A stretch of 64,000 nucleotides of DNA. It comes from Pristiophorus japonicus. Its lineage: Eukaryota. The DNA lies in contig NC_091989.1 in assembly GCF_044704955.1 (NCBI RefSeq), forward strand, positions 147,498,001-147,562,000, read 5' to 3'. The position numbers were made by a program, and so were the translations under genes. This document shows, in pieces, positions 61,190 to 64,000 of the stretch. Positions within the stretch are counted from its first letter, which is position 1. Each line of letters begins with the position of its first letter. Under the pieces are notes generated by a model, which saw only the letters and a list, made by a program, of their open reading frames with translations, had not been told where the DNA came from and searched no databases.

Positions 61190-64000
61190 TGTTGTGTATG
61201 GAGAAAGAGTCAGACAACACTGTGAGCTCAAAGTAAAATGTGACCTTAGTCTTTTATTGCAGGTCTCCAGAGTGTGTCTCCAACCTGTGAAGCCTCCTTA
61301 AATAACTACTCCCAAGGGATTATGGGATCCCTTGGGTCTCCAGGGGTTGAGTCCTCTGGTGGCTGTACAGAGTAAATACAAGTCTTATATATAAAACAAC
61401 ACTCACCTGCCCTCCCCCCCCCCCCCCCCCCCCCCAAGTCAATAGTGTAACTATTTACAATGTGAGTCGATCTGGGGCCCTTCTTGTCCTGGTTGATTGT
61501 GTCGGTGTGAAAGCTGGTATTGTTGAATCATTTGTTGGGCCGTCGCTGGGCTGCTGTGTAGCTGACCTTGCTGGGCTGCCTGGTGTGTTGGGCCCTGCAG
61601 GACTGCTGTGGATGATGGGTTCTGCTTCGTGGTCAACCGTGGTGCTGGTTGCCACTGGTGTGTATGTTGGGGGTCAAAAAAGGTAGGGTCCAAGGTGGGT
61701 TGCTCAGGATAGTCCATGAATCTGAGTTTGATTTGGTCCAAGTGTTTCCGGTGAATGAGTCCATTTGAAAGTTTGACCCGAATCACTCTGCTCCCCTCTT
61801 TGGCCACGACAGTGCCGGGAAGCCACTTGGGACCTTGTCCATAATTTAATACAAATACAGGATCATTGATTTCAATCTCTCGTGACACATTTGCGCTATC
61901 ATGGTATGCACTTTGTTGAAGCCGCCTGCTCTCTGTCTGTTCATGTAGATCAGGGTGAACTAACGAGAGTCTTGTCTTAAGTGCTCTTTTCATGAGCAGT
62001 TCAGCAGGTGGGATCCCAGTGAGTGTGGGGTCTCGTGCGGTAACTAAGCAGGACTCTGGATAGGTGAGTCTGTAGTGAGCCTTCAGTTACCCTCTTCAAG
62101 CCTTGCTTGATGGTTTGCACAGCTCTCGCTGCCTGACCATTGGACGCTGGTTTAAATGGGGCAGATGTGACATGTTTGATCCCGTTACGGGTCATGAATT
62201 CTTTGAGCTCAGCACTGGTAAAACATGGCCAGTTGTCACTCACTCGGGTAGACCGTGTGTGACAACCATGGCCCGCAGGCTTTCAGTAGTGGCAGCGGAC
62301 ATGCTAGCCAATATTATCTCTCATTCAATCCACTTGGAGTTCGCGTCTATAACCACAAGGAACATTTTACCCAAGAACGGGCCTGCATAGTCGACGTGTA
62401 CCCTAGACCACAGTTTGGAGGGCGAAGACCATAAACTTAGCGGCGCCTCCCTGGGTACATTGCTTAACCGTGAGCATTTATTACATCTGTGAACGCAGGA
62501 CTCCAAGTCCGCATCGATACCGGGCCACCACACATGGGATCTGGCTATCGCTTTCATCATTACAATGCCTGGGTGGGTACTGTGGAGGTCATTGATGAAG
62601 ATGTCTCTGCCCTTCTTCGGGACCACTACTCGATTGTCCCACAGAAGGCAGTCTGTCTGTATGGACATTTCCTCTCTGCGCCGCTGGAACGGCTTTATCT
62701 CTTCCTGCATTTCCACTGGGACACTGAACCAGTTCCAGTGAAGCACACATTTTTTGACTGGAGATAATAAGAGGTCCTGGCTTGTCCAGCTTTTGATCTG
62801 CCGGGCAGTGATGGGTGATTGCTCACTCTCAAATGCTTTCATAACCGTGGCTAGATCTGCGGGCTGCGCCATTTCCACCCCCGTGGTGGGCAATGGCAGC
62901 CTACTGAGCGCATCGGCGTAGTTTTCTGTGCCTGGCCTGTGGCAGATGGCGTAGTTGTATGCAGACAATGTGAGCGCCCATCTCTGGATGCGGGCCGATG
63001 AGTTGGTATTTATCTCTTTCCTCTCCGAGAACACGGATATAAGTGGCTTATGGTCAGTTTCCAATTCGAATTTTAGCCCAAACAGGTATTGATGCATTTT
63101 CTTTACCCCATAGACACACGCTAACGCTTCTTTCTCAATCATGCTGTAGACTCTCTCAGCTTTAGACAGACTCCTGGATGCATAAGCAACCGGTTGCAGT
63201 TTCTCGAAATCATTAGCTTGTTGCAATACACACCTGATGCCATATGACGATGCATCACATGCTAGTACCAAACGCTTACATGGATCATACAACACAAGCA
63301 ATTTGTTTGAGCATAACAATTTTCTCGCTTTTACAAAGACATTTTCTTGGCTTTTGCCCCAAACCCATTCGTCCCTTTTTCGTAGTAAGACATGCAGTGG
63401 TTCTAGCAGTGTGCTGAGACCCGGTAAGAAGTTACCAAAGTAGTTAGAGTCCCAGAAACGACCGCAGCTCTGTCACTTTCTGTGGTCTCGGTGCGTTCTC
63501 AATTGCCTCTGTCTTCGCGTTGGTGGGCCTGATGCCGTCCGCTACAATCCTCCTTCCCAGGAACTCCACTTCAGGCGCCAGGAAAACGCACTTTGACCGT
63601 TTTCCCCTGAGCCCCACGCAATTGAATCGACTAAGAACCTCCTCCAGGTTCTGCAGATGCTCGAGTGTGTTCCGACTTGTGATCAACATGTCGTCCTGGA
63701 AGACCACGGTGTGCGGGACCGACTTCAGTAAGCTTTCCACGTTTCTCTGGAATATCGCCGCCGCTGATTGGATTCCAAGCGGGTATCTGTTATAAACAAA
63801 AAGACCCTTATGCATGTTGATGCAGGTGAGACCCTTCGATGATTCCTCCATTTCCTGCGTCATGTAGGCTGAAGTCAGATCCAGCTTCGTGAACGTCTTT
63901 CCTCCCGCCAGCATTGCAAAGAGGTCGTCGGCCTTTGGTAGTGGGTATTGGTCCTGCAGGGAGAAACGATTGATAGTTACTTTGTAATCTCCTCAGATTC
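61190..64000 (-). mobile_element. Second copy of the Mag-clade Gypsy element (3' LTR 61190-~61398, IN, RNase H, RT), antisense in a TDRD12 intron; runs off the window
   Basis: Collinear and highly similar to 32112-34870; VFQDD, CDASSYG, ETDHKPL, RVHVDYAGPF; frameshifts and stops. Confidence 0.95.

Noticed and set aside
61414-61435. Long poly-C run as a special element
   Set aside because: It is an expanded Gypsy polypurine tract next to the 3' LTR, and its length may be a sequencing artefact.

Overview
Vertebrate genomic DNA, most likely a shark or other cartilaginous fish, judged from the repeat content (SacSINE-type DeuSINEs, CR1, L2, RTE, Harbinger, Mag/Gypsy). The host genes match the conserved ANKRD27-RGS9BP-(NUDT19)-TDRD12 block. 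There is a probable non-coding first exon of ANKRD27 (- strand), an intact single-exon RGS9BP (6847-7566), and the first four coding exons of TDRD12 (54437-59799). No intact NUDT19 is visible, only a possible decayed remnant near 11.2 kb. Most of the rest is nested, decayed transposable elements: four different two-gene Harbinger transposons plus MITEs, RTE LINEs with 5' inversions, and two Mag-clade Gypsy elements. The most notable feature is a 5.3-kb LTR element (35963-41294) with a tRNA-Ser PBS and PPT and no recognisable RT or integrase. It carries a pseudogenised class I fusion glycoprotein with an F-protein-like, lokiretrovirus-type layout (RTKR furin site, fusion peptide, C-terminal TM). 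It sits inside a Gypsy gag gene, which in turn sits inside a Harbinger transposase. All calls were made by eye; repeat boundaries without a stated TSD or TIR are approximate.
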